Source of the DNA: Squalus acanthias
Taxonomy: Eukaryota
Reading direction: 5' to 3'
Assembly (NCBI GenBank): GCA_030390025.1
Contig: CM059431.1
Location: 127,598,001 to 127,662,000, forward strand
Length of the DNA stretch: 64,000 nucleotides
How positions within the stretch are numbered: position 1 is the first letter of the stretch; every line of letters starts with the position of its first letter. The position numbers and the translations under genes were made by a program. Positions 61,388 to 64,000 of the stretch are shown in pieces. The notes under the pieces are model-generated. The model ran no database searches. It was not told where the DNA came from and saw only the letters and a list, made by a program, of their open reading frames with translations.

Positions 61388-62102
61388 GGGGGAAAAATTC
61401 AGTTGCTTTGCACCTCCCATTAGCGCCCTAATAGCGCCCGGGGGCGGCACCGCCAACGCCTCCCGCGAAATACAGCGCGAAGGTTAGCGGCGGCGGTAAC
61501 TGTTAGCGCGGCGCTGCGCCGCCAGTGATGATGTCATCGCTGTACGCAGCACCCCGCTCGCGCCCTGGCCGCGATCTTCAGTAGCGCCCCCTGACTTATC
61601 GGCGGATGCTATGTCCAACGGGGTCAGGGGGGTCTACCTGCGGCCAGGGCAGCGCTATTTAAAGGCGAGGTGCCGGGAGGCCATTTTTGTTGCTGGCCGC
61701 CTGCCAGCACCTGCCTCCGCTAACGTCCCTGGCCTCCTGAGCAACCCCCACCCACCCCCCCACAGCGGAGTGCCGGCTGTGCTCCATGAGCCCGACACTT
61801 CTCTTGAGTGCCGAGCTCTTTTGCCGGCACTCCGACCCTGGTGGCCCAGCTGGGCCCTGAGTCGCGCTGCGCAAGGCCCCTCCCCTTTAAGAAGGGGAGG
61901 AAGGGCTGCAATACTGCGGCACGTAGCGCCGCGATATTCCCTCGTAGCGCCCCAAGAGGGAGGCGGGGCGCTTCCAGTAGCGCCCCGCTTTCCTCTTGGG
62001 GTGCTACCACTTAATTTCGGCCGCGGGGACACTAATTTTCTCGGGGCGCAAAACCCCGGCGAAGTTAGCGCCCCAAAGAGGGCGCGACTCAATTTTTCCC
62101 CC
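61388..62102 (-). mobile_element. PIF/Harbinger-type MITE, family B, copy 2
   Basis: Reverse complement homologue of 6570-7342; flanks TTG / TTA do not match. Confidence 0.82.
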
Positions 62103-63135
62103 TTAAATTGACCCTTGTTCTTTAACCCGTCCAACAGTTTCCAAAGTTCAGACCCATCGAACAGACAACACAAAACACAATGAATCTGTGAAAAACATCT
62201 TTTTACTTAAAATCAGCAAGAGATTACAAATAAGCTCACACAACACTGTTGCATGTAATACTCCTGATTATATCTAAGCATACACAGCTTTATTCCCTTA
62301 CTTTAAAATCAAGCAAAAATAAGTTTACTTAAAATCAGCAAGAGGTTACAAGTAAGCTCACAGAAAATTGTATCATATTATACCCTCGTTTATATCTAAG
62401 CACACACAGGTTTATTCCCTTACTTTAAGCTCAAACGTTTACAAGCCAACATGACATACATAATAACACCAGCGAGTGGTCATTTTGGTGATGGCTAGAC
62501 GACGACTTTAATTGGCAACTGACCAAGTTGCCTCCCCCGATTGCAGCAGCCCCGAGTGTCTCTTATATTCTAAAAACCTGGGCAGGCTCCTCAATGCGTA
62601 TGTGTCCCAAACTGTGTGACAAATGGTCGGCAGTTGTTTTCCTCTTCTTATCAATGGGCCCCAAGGCCCTTCACGCCATTTGCCTGAAGATGTTCCTGTC
62701 TTTGTAACGCCCAACCGTTTGTTCCTGCTCAGGGTCTGTCGCTTCCTTATCTGATGAACAGCTTTTGTACAATGTTCTCACAGGAACCAACCTCTCAACT
62801 TCCAGAAGCATGCTGGGATATTAAATTTGGTCAACTTTTTAAGTTTGGTCAAGTTATAGCAAATCCTTACAGCAAGCAGCTTATTCTTACAAAACCGAAA
62901 TCTGTGCACAAAATGGAGCCTGTAAGAGCCTTTCCCTTAGGCAACCAATGAGGTGTAAGGTGTGTGTAGTGTGTATTTATGTGGTTTTCCCAGCTCTCAA
63001 TTAATGCACTCGCAAAATGGCCACTGAGCTTCCGCCTCCCCTTCATGGGCAAGGTTCCCGAGCTGCGTGCTTCCCTTGCTCATGCCGTTAAATTCAAAAG
63101 ATGCTGTTAAAAACCCTCTTTAGGGAATGGTAACA
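62103..63135 (-). mobile_element. Probable truncated LTR
   Basis: Ends GGTAACA (TG start on -); internal duplication of about 120 bp (62200-62430) with minus-strand AATAAA; non-coding. Confidence 0.45.
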
Positions 63136-64000
63136 AGCAATTAATGAGTTGAATTAGGTCGCCCGCCTCTGCCGATCGGGTCCATGGCGCGCTGGGGAAC
63201 GCACCCGAGTTAAAGGCGCAAGGAGGCGGGATGACGGTGGGGTCCCGACACGCTGCCTATTTCCGCTATTTTTACAGCCGACCCACCTCCAAAGCTGCAC
63301 AGACGGCAACGGGAAAATTCCAGCCTTTGTATTTGAACCCCGAGGTCTCTGTTTATCCAGAGACCTTCATTCAGAGCATTCTTCCCTACAGCATCTTTCC
63401 ACTGAGTGTACACTCCCAATAATTAAATTAAGTTCTCGATTTTAATATGTGTTTGCTCTTTTTCAATGTCATTTCAACAGTTAAACATATTGGGGGTGAA
63501 ATTGGTCAACGACAGTGACCAGCAGCCCATTTTACATCATGCCCGAGTGCTCAAGCACAGTGTTAAATGGTAGTAACCCATTTGGTGCTACTGACATTGA
63601 TCAATGTCACCCCCATTCAGAATCTATTTTGCCTGGAACATTAAAATCACAGTATTATGCATATTGAAGGTATATTCATTTCATCTTGAAAAATTGAGTA
63701 CAGAACATGTTTATGTACAAAGTAGAAGAAGTACTTTTGCCAGGTTTAACTAAATTGAATTGGAAACTCTATGAAAGACAAAATCTGTATTAGTCTTTTA
63801 CTAACCAACCTTAGAATTGCTATGCAGTCATTCCTGATTGCAAAGAGGAAGTAATATTTGACGGCAAATGAAACAATGAGTATTTGTCAGCTGTAATATT
63901 TGTCATGAGAGATTCTTTTTACTCCTATTTTGGCAGAGAAAATTGTACCTACTATAAAATGGGGCTGAGTTCCATGTCCCCACCCAATGGGCAGAAGAGG

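Larger units (their letters stand above)
59845..63325. mobile_element. Internally deleted PIF/Harbinger transposon with nested MITE-B and LTR fragment
   Basis: TIRs GGCTGGAATTTTC / GAAAATTCCAGCC; TSD TTT; Myb exon on + (60112-60350); transposase on - (61250-60590: [27 protein letters not shown]). Confidence 0.87.

Overview
This is vertebrate nuclear DNA made almost entirely of nested transposable elements. It is most likely elasmobranch (shark/ray), judged from HE1-like SINEs and their partner CR1 LINE 3' tails. No host protein-coding gene could be supported. Bases 1-14274 are a degraded endogenous retrovirus. It has gag with a CCHC knuckle, an in-frame TGA-CTAG gag/pol junction, protease, RT, two RNase H-like domains, an open integrase ORF, env and a 3' LTR. 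Its env looks like a class I fusion protein of the lokiretrovirus type and appears to carry an N-terminal immunoglobulin-like domain. A Ty3/Gypsy element sits inside its pol, and the two LTRs of that element each hold a different PIF/Harbinger-type MITE at the same site. The rest of the window holds several PIF/Harbinger DNA transposons (DDE transposase plus Myb/SANT gene), CR1, L2 and RTE LINEs, SINEs, LTR fragments, a deleted Gypsy element and four palindromic Penelope-like insertions carrying minimal hammerhead-ribozyme motifs. All family calls come from reading motifs by eye; no searches were run.
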